64,000 bases of DNA. Source: Zygnema circumcarinatum SAG 698-1b (lineage: Eukaryota > Plantae > Zygnematophyceae). Below are positions 36,718-48,815 of the stretch, piece after piece. A program made the translations under genes and the position numbers. The first letter of the stretch is position 1. Each line of letters starts with the position of its first letter. The stretch spans positions 1,798,001-1,862,000 of the forward strand of contig CM074811.1 of the NCBI GenBank assembly GCA_037447605.1, in the 5' to 3' direction. The notes under the pieces were generated by a model. It had not been told where the DNA came from, did not search any database, and saw only the letters and a list, made by a program, of their open reading frames with translations.

Positions 36718-39700
36718 ATGCAGAGGGTTTGCTTCTGGATGTGTAGGTGGGCTACGGTATGTGGAAGCCATCCCTTGCTGTAAGACGATTGGAGCTTTTG
36801 TGAAACCCAAAGGCGCCAACTAAACCAACAAACACAAAACGAGCAAACAAAGAAAGTAACGAACCATGAAACTTTGCTCAACTAATCGAACGTAACACAA
36901 ATTTGGTGCCACATTCGAGGCAAGGCGCGTGCGGGTGCCCGTTGTCGCCTCAAGTAGTCCCATGGCTGAATAAGTACATTTGGAAATTGGTTTTGGCGTT
37001 AATCTGAAGATATGATGCCATGAAATGTACATGGACAAAATCAACATGGAGAACCACGGACAAACAGTTACAGTGACCTGAAAAAGGGAGGAAAAGCTGT
37101 GAGCTGAACTCTGCTTATAGCCCAACAACACAACACGGCTCTGGAAGCAGCTGCAAAGGTTGCCAAAGTGGAGCACGTGGCAGAGGGAGGAGGGCGGGAC
37201 GATATAGGTTCATGGTATACTGCGCAGGTGAATTCGAGAATATGCCACGATATGGAACGATACGATATATCCGAGTAAGCAGCGATACGATACTCTATGA
37301 TAATACGTCGGAACTCGCTTGCACCGCCGCGCACACGGCAAGAAGGCGGATGGATGGATATACCCAGCCTGCACATCCTCAAGCAAACCGAAAACAAAGT
37401 AAGGAGAGTCCTTCAAGGGGGGTGGGCCGGCCCGGCAGGGCAGCGCAAAGCGACGACGCACTGCAAACTGGAACCGGCCCAAGGCGAGTCGAAGGGTAGG
37501 AAAGACCGGGGCAGCAAGCAAGCGGCCCCCCAAGCCCATGCCTCGGCCCCTCCCTCCAGGCCAGGCCCTGCCCTGCCCAAGATCGATCGTCCCGCAGTCG
37601 AGCGAGCGCACGATAGGGAGGGAGGGAGGGAGGGAGGAGGGAGGGAGGGAGGGGAGCCGCACTGCGCGCCAGCAGCCGCCTCCGTCACGTCACGTCAACC
37701 AACTCGCCATGATGATGGTGCAACGAGGTCGTTTCATGTTCCGGGGTGTGCCCGGATCGCGTCATAGGCGCCCGCACACCGGAAGCGCCGTTCGCACCAA
37801 TGGTGTACATCGTGGAGTGTGGCCGTACCGTGTCGCCTGTTCAGGAGGGTCGGGACTCGGGAGCTGCGCACAGCGGTACGGAACGGTACGGTAGGTGCGA
37901 CCTCAACAAACATTTCAGCCCCGGGCAGCTCCAGGTGTGCCGCTGGCGACCGCCCATTGGCTGGCCGAGCCTGCCCAATTCGCACGAGCAAAGTTCGTTG
38001 CAGACCGGGATCTGCCTGCAACCTGCAAGCCACTGAGAGTGAGGGACCTTACTTGCTTGCTTGCCCCCTTGCAGACTGCAGATCAAGACCTTGATCTTGA
38101 AGAAGCTGCTGCTCCGGTTGGACAGATTGCCAGCTTCTGCATTGCAACTGGGCTGAAGATCTGCTCACCGGACTGGATGTCGCAGCAGGAACAATAGGCG
38201 ACGGTCGGGCATGAAGGTGACAAGGTGAGGGGAGACTGGAATGAGCAGGACATGCGTAACAGGAGGTTTTGGAAGAATGGATCGGGTTGGCTTGAATCTT
38301 TTGCGTCCCGTTCCGTTGGGAAGAAGGCTTAGTTTTTTTGTGAATTAGGCGGAGTTTGAAAGTTCGATGACTTTTGAGTGGTTGCAAGCTGCAAGAGTGT
38401 GTCAGAGCTCGATAAGCGAGCTGGTTGTCCAGAATTAGTAAGCCTGATTCGTACACATCAGAGATCTTGTTAAGGTGCAAAGCGTTTGGGAACTTTGGAT
38501 AAGTTGACAAGCAAATTCTTCATCTTGGATCTTAAATAACGTAATGTCTGGGGGCCAGCTCTTGTTCACAATGTGATTTGACTTTCACACACGGACATTG
38601 CTTGATTGTCACATTACAAGCTTGGTTTTTTTTTTTTTTTTTTTTTTTCTAATTCGGAGCTTCTGTTTCGCAAAAAGGTATAAGTTTGCCTTTCTAAGCT
38701 ATAGACGTTTCAAGCGTTGGTCTTCGAGGCTACATTTCAGCTATAAGGCTGTCTTCTCTTAATCCGGGAAAAGTTATATGTCGTTTCCGGTCTAACGCGT
38801 CCAATTTCAACTTGTAAGTGCTAGATTAGTCACGACCAGCGCTGACGTTTCCAATCTCTTGCAGTGTTCACAGGATAAAAGGATCTTTCTGAGATTTTTT
38901 TCATGGTCAATACATAGATTCGATTGCAGCTAGATCGCTGTGAAACCGGTGTTTTAGTTGTCATGAGGTAGACTTAGATACGAAATAATTTAAATTTAAG
39001 TTCTCATTTCGTAGTCTACGAGATTATGCTGGAAGTTTTAGACCTCGAATAAGAGTTGAGACGCTGGCAAACTACGGTGATGGATCGTACAATGCACGAG
39101 TGATCGAAGAAGAGTTACTATCTCGCAGTTTGCTAGATTTTTTGTAGTGCTCGCACTTCGAATTGTCAAATATCTCCATTGCATTCTTCAACCTTTTCTA
39201 TGTCATTTTTACTTTTTCTCAATTTCCGATCCAAATAAACAGTTCGCTTACCATGCATCGAGGGATCACGCTATTTTTTTGCATTTTCACGCGTATTTCT
39301 CTCGCAGTTTTTAGGATAGATGTTGTCGCATGGTGGCGTGATTTTCTGCACGCGTGCAATGAACGCCGCAAAAGTGTACACTTTGTCAAAGAGTACACTT
39401 TTTCCTTTGTCATCCAAATGGTTCAATAAAAAAGTTTTCGTCCAGCATTTTTTTAAGTTTCTGCATTTTGTTTTCTCGTTCGTTTTCAGGTTCCTGTTGC
39501 ATTTTACACTATTCAATTGCTTCCGTGTTGGTTGGTCTGTTTTATATAGCAGTCAGCTGTTCTCTGCTAGTAGTTGTGGCTAGTTCCTCCTTGACAACTA
39601 GTCATACTTTATCCTCTCCTAGCTCCTCGAAAAACTTCTTTCCCATCTCAATTAGTTGCTAGTCCAAAATCCTTTCTCAAGCCGGGAAATTCTTCTCAAT

Positions 39701-40650
39701 CCAGTCTGCCTTTCCATGAAGGAGGAATAAGCATCTCTATCCACAAAAATGGATAGTATTCTTGAGTAAAGGTAACCAGGTGGCCAGTATGTGTAGGTTT
39801 CCTTGTTCACGTGTTGGCTGCACCGAAGATCCAAATCTTTTTGGATTGGTTGCACTTTAAGGCCATGCCATTCTTGAAACCGGATTGAGTCCCGCGCTCT
39901 CAGGTTTCTCGGTGCAGCTGCCGTAGAATACAGGACATTTTGCTTTAAGCCAAGCTTATGTGAGAATTTGTCATTGTCAATCCTTGAGCCTGTGTAAGTC
40001 AATAGTTCTTGATTTCTCAAATTATGCAACTTTTCCATGTACGAGGAAGGCGTCCTCGACAGGAATGTGCTCCAACGCATCCCTGCGAGTACACAGCCAT
40101 TGAATGGCTTATGCCTATTAGCGCAGTCATGAGAACTGGCATGTATAATCAAGCCATCAGGTACATGTGAAAAACAAAATTAACTTAGGAGCTGAAGATC
40201 GTGAGAAACACGTCTTTTGCAGGATTTGGTGAAGCTGGAAAAACACCTGGTATCCTTTTTTCCATGTCACTTAAACGATGGGGCTAAGGATGACTGCGAC
40301 AAAGCATGTTTCTGCAAAGTAGAGTAATTGAATCTGTCAAAAGTATTTGCTTTGAGAGGCTAAATTCTGTACTACCTGATGAGTTGATGCTTTTTGAAAT
40401 ACTTCTCTTGAAGTCAGCATCGTATCGGGTTGGTGGCATGCAGGAATTGTGAAAGCGCGCTCTCGAACAGTGCTCCGGAAGCCTGAGGAACACCTCAGTC
40501 GTAGAAGCCTTGTGTGGTATACGGACCAGAACTTTATTCAATCGTTGAAAAATGTCTCCATCGGGGCGAAGCATCAGTTGGTTTCAACATGTGTCACTCT
40601 TTTGTATAGCTACAATTTTGTCGAACGGCTTTGTTTTCATTTCCGTTGAG

Positions 40651-41844
40651 GGTGCATCAGCCCCAAGTCCTGGGCCAGCCCCAGCCCCAGCCCCAGTCCA
40701 TCCAGCTGCAGGTCCAAGTCCAAGGAATCCTCCGGCTCCAAGTCCAGGTCCAAGTAATTCTCCAGCTTCAGCTCCAGGTCCAGCTGCATCTCCCGCTCCA
40801 GTCCCAGCTCAAGGTCCTGCAAATACTCCAACCCCAGCTCCGGCGCCAGGCTATAGCGACTCTCCTCCCGCCCCTGATCTTGGCCAAGGGAACACCAATA
40901 TCGACGGTACATACTCACCCCCTTCACCAGAGGAGAACAAAAAAGATGGTGGACTCAACTCCGGCGGGATCATCGGTATAATCATTGGTAAGGGCATTTG
41001 TTCTTTTAACCACAAAAGCATAGTTCTTGCACTTTGCAAATGTCTGCAACAAGGGCCGCTATCTTGCTATGCCCGTTTTATGAGAGTGAGTCTTGGTATG
41101 TTTGGTTTCGGGAACTTTGGAGAAGCAGTGTCTAGGAACTGGCAGACTCGTGATGTAACTGGCTGAGGATTACAGTCAAACCCTTTATTTTGTTTTGCAA
41201 CTGCGAAGCTACTGTTAAGGCATTGCAGACTTACGTATGTGATTTACATTGTAAGGCACAGAACGAATTTGGCCTTCACTCCGCAGAAGGGGGTGCATCA
41301 GCTGACTGCTGCCTGCCAAGCCTTCACTGTGCAGTTGTCGTCATTGGATTTTTGGTGGTTGCTGGATGCATCTGGGTTTGCCTGAAGCGGCAGAGCAACA
41401 TCAACCGAGCCAAGTATGGAAACACAGGGTGAGTCTTTCTGTGCTTGTCAACACAAGAAGATCGCACTTCCTAGAGCTTCACTTAAAGCTGAAGTTTTTT
41501 TTTACTGTGTCAAAAAGACGTGATTCCTGTCTTGAAGAAGAAAGTGAGAGGAGGGCAGGGAGATTTATGGCTGTGGTGACTCGGATTGATAGGGTTACTC
41601 TGCTTTTATGTTCCCTGTTATGCAATGCATGAGCAGTTTAGAGTTGTTGTAGCCGTGATACAAGTTTGGATTGCGTATTTTCAAACCAAGAGCTATCTAC
41701 CTGAAGATTGTAGACTATTAGCGCACCTTTCTAAAAAATGCTAACGAGGGCCTTCAGCGACCCTCTTGTTAGTTAGCGTAGACTGAGGAGGTTGGGTTGG
41801 GTCGTGTGTGCAGAGCTGGACATGGATCAGTTGAGGTGTTTTAG
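40651..41844 (+). CDS. 3' part of a Pro/Ala-rich (AGP-like) single-pass membrane protein; 5' exons unresolved
   Basis: Exons 40651-40987, 41335-41428, 41814-41844 give AP/SP/GP repeats, then GGLNSGGIIGIIIVVVIGFLVVAGCIWVCL (TM), KRQSNINRAKYG and ...GHGSVEVF*. Resembles plant single-pass proteins ending KKRxxNIxRxxYG. Confidence 0.65.
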
Positions 41845-43102
41845 ATCAAGGCGCTCGCCTGATTCTTCCATGCATTATGGTCCTCCCCTCGTGGACCCAT
41901 ACATACGTGGGGGAGCCAGGTAGAGAAGCAAAGCCTGTCCTACGTCCTCTGCAGCTTCAGTCCGTTCTGGTTAACCCCATTACAGTTGACCACGTTGGCT
42001 CGGCAGCAGACACGGAGCTAATGCACATACAGTTTTGCCGTTGAAAATCCTACCAATTCTTTTTTGAGGTGTAGCTTTTCCGCTGTTGTAGTGTTTCAGC
42101 CTTAACTTCACAGAAGGAATAATCAGGTCGTGTGCAGTCCAGGGATGAGATAACCTCCACAAGTCGAGATTGTTATTCTTTTGTTTTTAAATTTATCTTC
42201 TCCTGCCCGGATTGCCTTCAGTCTGTGACAGATTGTATGCAGTGACAGAGACGCAACTATGTGAGCAGGACGAGCATGTGGGTCAAGACCAGACTGGACG
42301 TAACCGGAACAACTTCGAATTGCTGTTTGACATCGCAGTGCCAATTTGTGCTCTACGGGCACAGGTCGGCTCATAACCTAGTGAGGCCATATGGGCCGTT
42401 CTCCATTAGCGGCTTACCGATTAACGATCCTTACAACAACTGTAATCCTTACTGGCGTTCACAATGAGATGCCTTCCAGTAGCCGGACAACGTCATCCAA
42501 CGAACTCTCCCCCACGACTCTGGTCCCATGTTATCATGTTTCTTCAGATGGGTGCCGCTCATTCGTTAGCGTGAAAATTGCAGCACCCGACATTCCCCCG
42601 AAGGATGGCTGGGCGTTTGTAAACTTGTAAAGTCACATAGGGGACCGAAAACAGTACAACCTTAGCAAAAATAAGGTCAATCGAAACCTCAGATTTGTGA
42701 TGCTCTAGAATACAACGGCCCCATGTGCAAGACAGCACCTACCACTGCAGGGGACTGCCCTGTTTCCAAAATGAGATTCTGCCAGTCGTTAGAGTCTCTC
42801 TAACAAAAGGTTCTATGTGGATACTAGCGTCGCATGTATGTTCTATGTACGCCTCACCAAGTGTGATTCAAAGCCAAAGCTCCAAATAGGACACTGTCAA
42901 GCCCCCAATGCATGCGGCGAGTCGGCCACAGACAGGCAGCCTCCCGTGAAGCAGCGCAGCCCTAGGACAAAGCTGCGCCTGTCCCCAGTTCAAGTGCTGC
43001 CATTCAAACGGGGAACCCGCCCTCGTCCGGGGAACAGCCTGACTGCCGTCCACTTCCTTCCAAAAATGTCCGGAGCATCAAAACGGAACTGTTCCACATG
43101 GG

Positions 43103-46100
43103 CTACTCTAAAGCGGACACTCTCTTGCCGTCTTCGATAAAGAAAATAGCATTTTCTGGTACCTGCAGAGCCCCGCGCGCAGAAAGATTGGAAAGAGTAC
43201 CAGCCAACATCAGTTCGTGCGTATACAGAAGACGGCCTTGAAACGCAGTTCAAGCAGCAAGGCCCTCGTCAGCAGCCGCCATTCCACGGCAAGCTCCAAC
43301 TACTTCAGCTGCAAGAAAGGCAGAAGCAGTCGATCTCTCCTCCCTAAATCCTTTAGTCTTCCAACTAAATTATGTTCATCGATACACACATTAGCGCATG
43401 TATGAAGGCTACCATGGTTGAGAGCCCTCACCTGTGGCCATGTTTGCGTGATGAATTCAGCACAATCATACATGATGTCACCCTGTACGTCAATCTGCTC
43501 CTTCTCAGTGGGACCCTGCGATTGTACAACTCCCAATCCACTAAGTCAGACCACCAATTACCGCAAGCTTGGGTGGACGCGCATTGAAGAGCTCACATAT
43601 TTTACTCTCAACACCTTACGGTGAACTGTTCACTTAACGAAAATGCGGTAAAGTCGACAGCGCCAATCTTGTCCCTTGCAGTCAGGTGGACTTCCTCAGG
43701 AATCAGAGAATAATCAACCCATTTTTCGTAAGTGGGTTCAACAAACACACTATCACAGACAAATCCCAATTTAAAAAAAGTCGTTTCTGAAATCACAGTT
43801 GACTGGGAGAGTTTACACCTTGACGACAGAAGCTCCACTCGCAAATTTTTTGCCAAACTTTTTCGAAGCCTCACTCAGCTTGATATCTGCAAACCGCTCC
43901 TTTAGTAGCTTTACGACTACTACATTCAAATCTACCACAAGTAACAGCTTAGAAGAGAAAGAAGAGCAATCTATACTCTTTGCATAAATTCAAAACTGGA
44001 ACATATTTGATTGCATTTTAGCGTCATACTCAAGACCGTAAACTTCTAAATTAGGTTGATTTTGGGGTGCAGCACTGAAACCTTTACGTGAATTTTCCGT
44101 CGAGAAATTGGCATGTCAAACTCCTAACGGATTTCACAAACTGCTGGGCAAGTTGAGAGCGGCATGCCAAGCTTAGGAAACCTCCTAACAACGAAGACCT
44201 TGAAACTATTACAACTATCTGCTTAAGCTTGATATCTTGCCCAACAGCAGAGTGGACCCACCCATGACAAACGGGCTTCTGATGGTGAGCTTCTTACCGA
44301 AAAGCTCAAGACCTTTGATAATAGTGATGGCTTTCCTCTTATTACGTGTGACTTTCTCGACTAAAACTGCCGGCTTTTCCTGGACGGAGGACAATCCACC
44401 AAACAAGTAAATATTCAGACCACCACAAGGGGGTTATCCCTTCCCTCCCTATTGCTGGCCATTGATTAGAGGCGATTTATTTGTTTTCTCTGCCTTTTGG
44501 CCATACGTTAACCGCTAAGAGTTTCACTACTATTGTTACGTGGCATTGGATTTTCACTACAGGGGCTCCTCAATGGCGCAAACCCATAACTTAATGCTCA
44601 GTGAACCATTTGAGGCCTGAAACAATTAAATACTTTCTATATGTTGATGGTGGAAAAGAAAAGTTACCTTCTTCTTAACTTTGCCCCCAGGAAGCTTCTT
44701 AACCTCGTCAGCTCCTCCACTGGTGCTTGCTGCAGAAGTATTCGCCCCAAAACCCAAGCTACAAAGTTACATTGTCCTAAGGCGGAGGATCGCCAATCCT
44801 CCCAGTACGGAAATCACCACCAAGCAGGCTTGACATGGTTAACAAGGTGAACCTACTACACCTCCACAGCTCTACAAGAAGCACTTCCGACAGAATGCTT
44901 GTACCAATTGGGCTTCCCATTGGCCCATTGGCCAATTGACAAGGACAAGTCTCCATCGGCCAATTGCAAATAACACTCGTTTAAGAGAACATTGTGCCTA
45001 CAGCCATATCTGGAACAAAACACGTACGCGAGAGGAGATGTGCATTCCCATGGTCGTCAGTTACTACATGGCAAAACTATCCTCATGGACGGATGCTAAC
45101 TTGGCTTAATGACAGCTGGCATGTTCCTTGAAAATCCATTTCTTCTCAAAAGGAGTCAAAGGCGATCAGCAATGGCCCTGAGTAAGCTAACCGAATAGTC
45201 AGATGACTGTTGTGAGGAGACCTTGAAATATGCATGTCCACGTAGATTTCAACTCTGTTCCTTTTCCTGTCTGCACTCTAAAAAATGGAGCAGTGTCTGG
45301 AACAGCATCCAGAATTTTGAAATAAAGACCGAAACGTCTGTATATGGAAGGGTTTGAAACAAACTTCATATTATTCTATACGCAGGATTGAGAGGTACGT
45401 CGGTCAGAGGGTGGCACAGTTACATTGCTAAGATCTAACCTGAGGTGCTTATTATACGCTATCCAATCAGTTGCTGGTCTTTCATTGCACACAGTTGCAA
45501 CCAGTACAAGTAAAGCTTCCACAGGTTTCCTGGCTTCCTCCTTCCGCTCACCTTTCGTTTAAATGCTGTCAGTCGCAAGCTTAAAAATGGTCCGTTGTAG
45601 TTATTTGTGGAAGAATGTTGACAATCTGAACTAACATTCCATTCAAGAACAAAGCATTATGCAGTGGTTGCTACCTGACTTTCCGGGAATTTCTGCACCT
45701 GCTGCAGAAACGCCAAGCCCTTCCAGCTGCTCAGCCTTATCAGCCGCCTCTATGAAACTTGCACCAACCCAAAAGCCAGCAAAGCCAATTGTGTACGAAT
45801 CAATAAACGTTCAGAATGCACGATATTGACATAACATGCCGTCAGACACGTCTATGGCAAGTAAAACAGCAGAATTATCTTCCTCGTTCTCTTGTATGCC
45901 ATCCATGGCCTTAGTTCCCCCCGCCCTTACAGATTCGAAGGAATATTGAAGGGGAGAAATAAAAAATACCTCGGTCAAGCTCAGGATACAGTCCGGGAAC
46001 GTTCTCCATCAGCCATGGCTTGCACTTGTTGAAGTCAGGTCCAAACTCGCAGTACTCGGGAGGTAATCCACAGACTGAGAGAAAGGAAGATTGCAGCAAC

Positions 46101-46567
46101 GTAGACTCGTTTCAACAAAACATCCAAAAAGTAAGGATGCAGTCTTTGGTGATCCATATCATACATAATGAGGTCTATGGCATTCTGCAAGAAAGAGGCA
46201 GCATGCTGAGAGCCTGCAGAAGCTCATCTTGCGGCGTGCTTTCACAGGAACGAGGCTATGAACTATTCAGATTGTTCCGACTAAGGCTACGTTCTCTTTC
46301 TGTACTGTGTTCACCACTCCTTCCAAAGCTCCGGGAGCGTCACTTAGACCAACATCCTTTAAAAGGCCAAAAAGAGCTCCGATTGGCAAAAAAAACTTAA
46401 AACAAGTTAGCTAGTCTGTAGGCTGAGCAGCAGCAGTGAACAGTGTAGAAGAAAAACTGTGTGCTTCGAATTCTAAGTAATAGAATGCGACTTTCCAAAG
46501 CGTCCACGACAGAGATGAAAGGCGTACCTTCACAGTAAAGAACAGTTTTGGGCTCAAGTTCCGCCAT
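43103..46567 (-). CDS. DENR: Density-regulated protein / TMA22 (SUI1 domain), 8 exons, 191 aa
   Basis: Exons 46567-46528, 46074-45970, 45749-45675, 44729-44668, 44379-44298, 43886-43819, 43515-43432, 43162-43103 (576 nt). Motifs YCEVCGLPPEYCEFGP, KKLPGGKVKKK, RNKRKAITIIKGL, KFASGASVVK, IDVQGD. Confidence 0.93.
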
Positions 46568-47014
46568 GAACGGTGGTGACTTCTACACGCAGCCTGGCAG
46601 GGAGGCCGCACACAGGTTCCTCCGCCTGAGCCGCCTTGGCCTCGTTCCCATGCGAGGAAAGCTATGCTCAGCGGCGAGCCACGTGGCAGCAGCAGCAGCA
46701 GCAGCAACAGGAGGAGGGAAGAGAAGCAAGACGAGGACGAGGACGAGCCGCTCCGAGACGCGCACGCGCCCGCACACTGCACCCGCTTCCTTCCGGGCTT
46801 TGCAGGACCTCGCCTCGCCTCAGGCCTGCCTGCCTGCGTGCGTGCCTCGTCTGCTTGCTGCTGCTGCTGCCGGGCGGGAGGGCGCGGTGGGGGGGTTCTT
46901 CAGTTGAGGCACGCCCAGGCCCAGGCCTGCACCCTGCACTGCAGCACCAGGCATGGGGCCATGGGGCCATAAGTCCATGGGTCCTGGGACTATCACCATG
47001 TGGCCTGTGCCCTA

Positions 47015-47253
47015 ACATACATACATACAACGCATACATACATACATACAACACATACATACATACATACATACATACATACATACATACATACATACAT
47101 ACAACGCACATACATACATACAACGCGCATACATACATACATACATACATACATACATACATACATACATACATACATACATACATACAACGCACATACA
47201 TACATACAACGCGCATACATACATACAACGCATACATACATACATACATACAT
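47015..47253. repeat. (ACAT)n tetranucleotide microsatellite with ACAACGC interruptions in the DENR/PAP divergent spacer
   Basis: Direct reading. Confidence 0.95.
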
Positions 47254-47803
47254 CCATCGTCGTTGGCTCTCGCGCCTCTCGTCGGCCCAGCCTGCCGGCA
47301 GCAGCAGCCGCCTCCAGTCTCCGAAATTAACTGTGGGAAATCTATGCTGACGTGGCTCGTGCCGATTGGCTGCCTGGCCTGTCTTGGCCCGGCCTGGTTT
47401 GGCCCGCCACGATGGTCGGTCGAGCAGGCCGGCCCCATCCGAATGGGGATATGTCCGCCTGCAAGGTCAAGGCCGGGGTTGGGGCCAATGGGCGCTGCGC
47501 ACGTGGCAGGGCAGGCTCGCGCGAGCCGCCGCGTGGCCACAGTCCGCCAGCGCCAGCGCCGCGCGGTTGCTTGCTGGTTTGCTTGGAGGGGCGGGGACGG
47601 CGAGGGGGGTGAGGGGAGGCGCCATGGCGACTGCGCTGACGGGCCCCGCGGCCGCGCCCGTACTACGGTCCACCGCCCGCCACGTGCCGCCATTGCGCCG
47701 CGCCGCGTGGCTCCCTCTGCGACCCATCCCTGCACGTCCGTTGTGGCCACTGCTTCGTTCCTCCGCGACCAACCTCCGCGCGCCTGAGGAAGAAGGCGGC
47801 GCC

Positions 47804-48751
47804 ATGGCCGCGGGGCCGAGGTGTATGCTGCACGGGGAGAGGCAGCAGAGGGGCGGCGTGGAGGCAGTGGTGAAGGGGATATGTTGCTCACTTCTCATGG
47901 TGGCTCTCGGCCTGCAATCCGCGGCCGCCATGGACTCCGAAAGAGAGCTGGCGGAGCTTTTCAGGGCGCCGGAGGATGTAGCTGAAGTGGAGCTCTTTGT
48001 ACGGGCGGAGCGGCGTCCGGACCTGCCTATGATTAAGGCAGTCACGGACGATGCTTACCCTGATCAAGTCGGCCAACGCTTCTCTTTCCAATAAGCGATG
48101 CTACTTTGATTGTGGATTCATGAATCGATAATGATATTGACAATGGAATGCTCCTGCAAGCACTTCGTTAGGATGTTGTGCTATGTATGAATCAACAGCC
48201 TGACCTTTCCAAAACGTTGAACTTGATTTCAAGCGGGAACTAAAGATTGAGAAGGGAAAGAGAGAGAGCGCGAACGCGAGAGGGAGAAAGGAGTCGGGAG
48301 AGGGCAGTAGAGAGTCAGAGAAGGAGGCTGAAAGCAGTGGTAGTATCGGGTGAATGAGAGTTGCAGGCATAGAAAGGTGCATGCATGCTAGTGAAAGCCT
48401 CGACGATAAAGTCCGATTCATGTCCAGTCTCGTTAACGAAATTGTCCGAAACACATGTTGGAAGAATGTTGGATATTTGAAACCTTAGGCAGAGAGTTCA
48501 TTTGCCCAGTTGGAAAGTTTATCAGCCCAGGTTCCACTACCTGCAGCGGCTATCTCGTTCAACCTAAGACCTCCTTGTTGCCAACCTCACAACCTTCCCT
48601 CAAAGAATAGATGAAAGAGGTCAAGGAAATGGCGATTAGTCAAAGCCTGAGAACAAAATCAGGTTGATTCTTTAGGACGGATGGCTGAGACTGCCAGTCT
48701 TCCTTTATAAAGCTGACATTTTTCCAAATACCAATAGTCCGCACTGCACCT

Positions 48752-48815
<64 letters not shown>

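Noticed and set aside
37708-38510. Short ORFs after a GA-rich leader (MMMVQRG...) and ORF 38049-38510
   Set aside because: No recognisable motif or consistent splice path; may be UTR or remnant
40250-40258. GTATCCTT, a possible U12 GT-AG donor upstream of the Pro-rich exon
   Set aside because: No convincing CCTTAAC branch point and the 5' gene structure is unresolved
46636-47891. 383-aa and 407-aa ORFs in the DENR/PAP spacer
   Set aside because: GC-rich promoter plus (ACAT)n repeat lacking stops; YIHT/MYVC repeats are microsatellite translations
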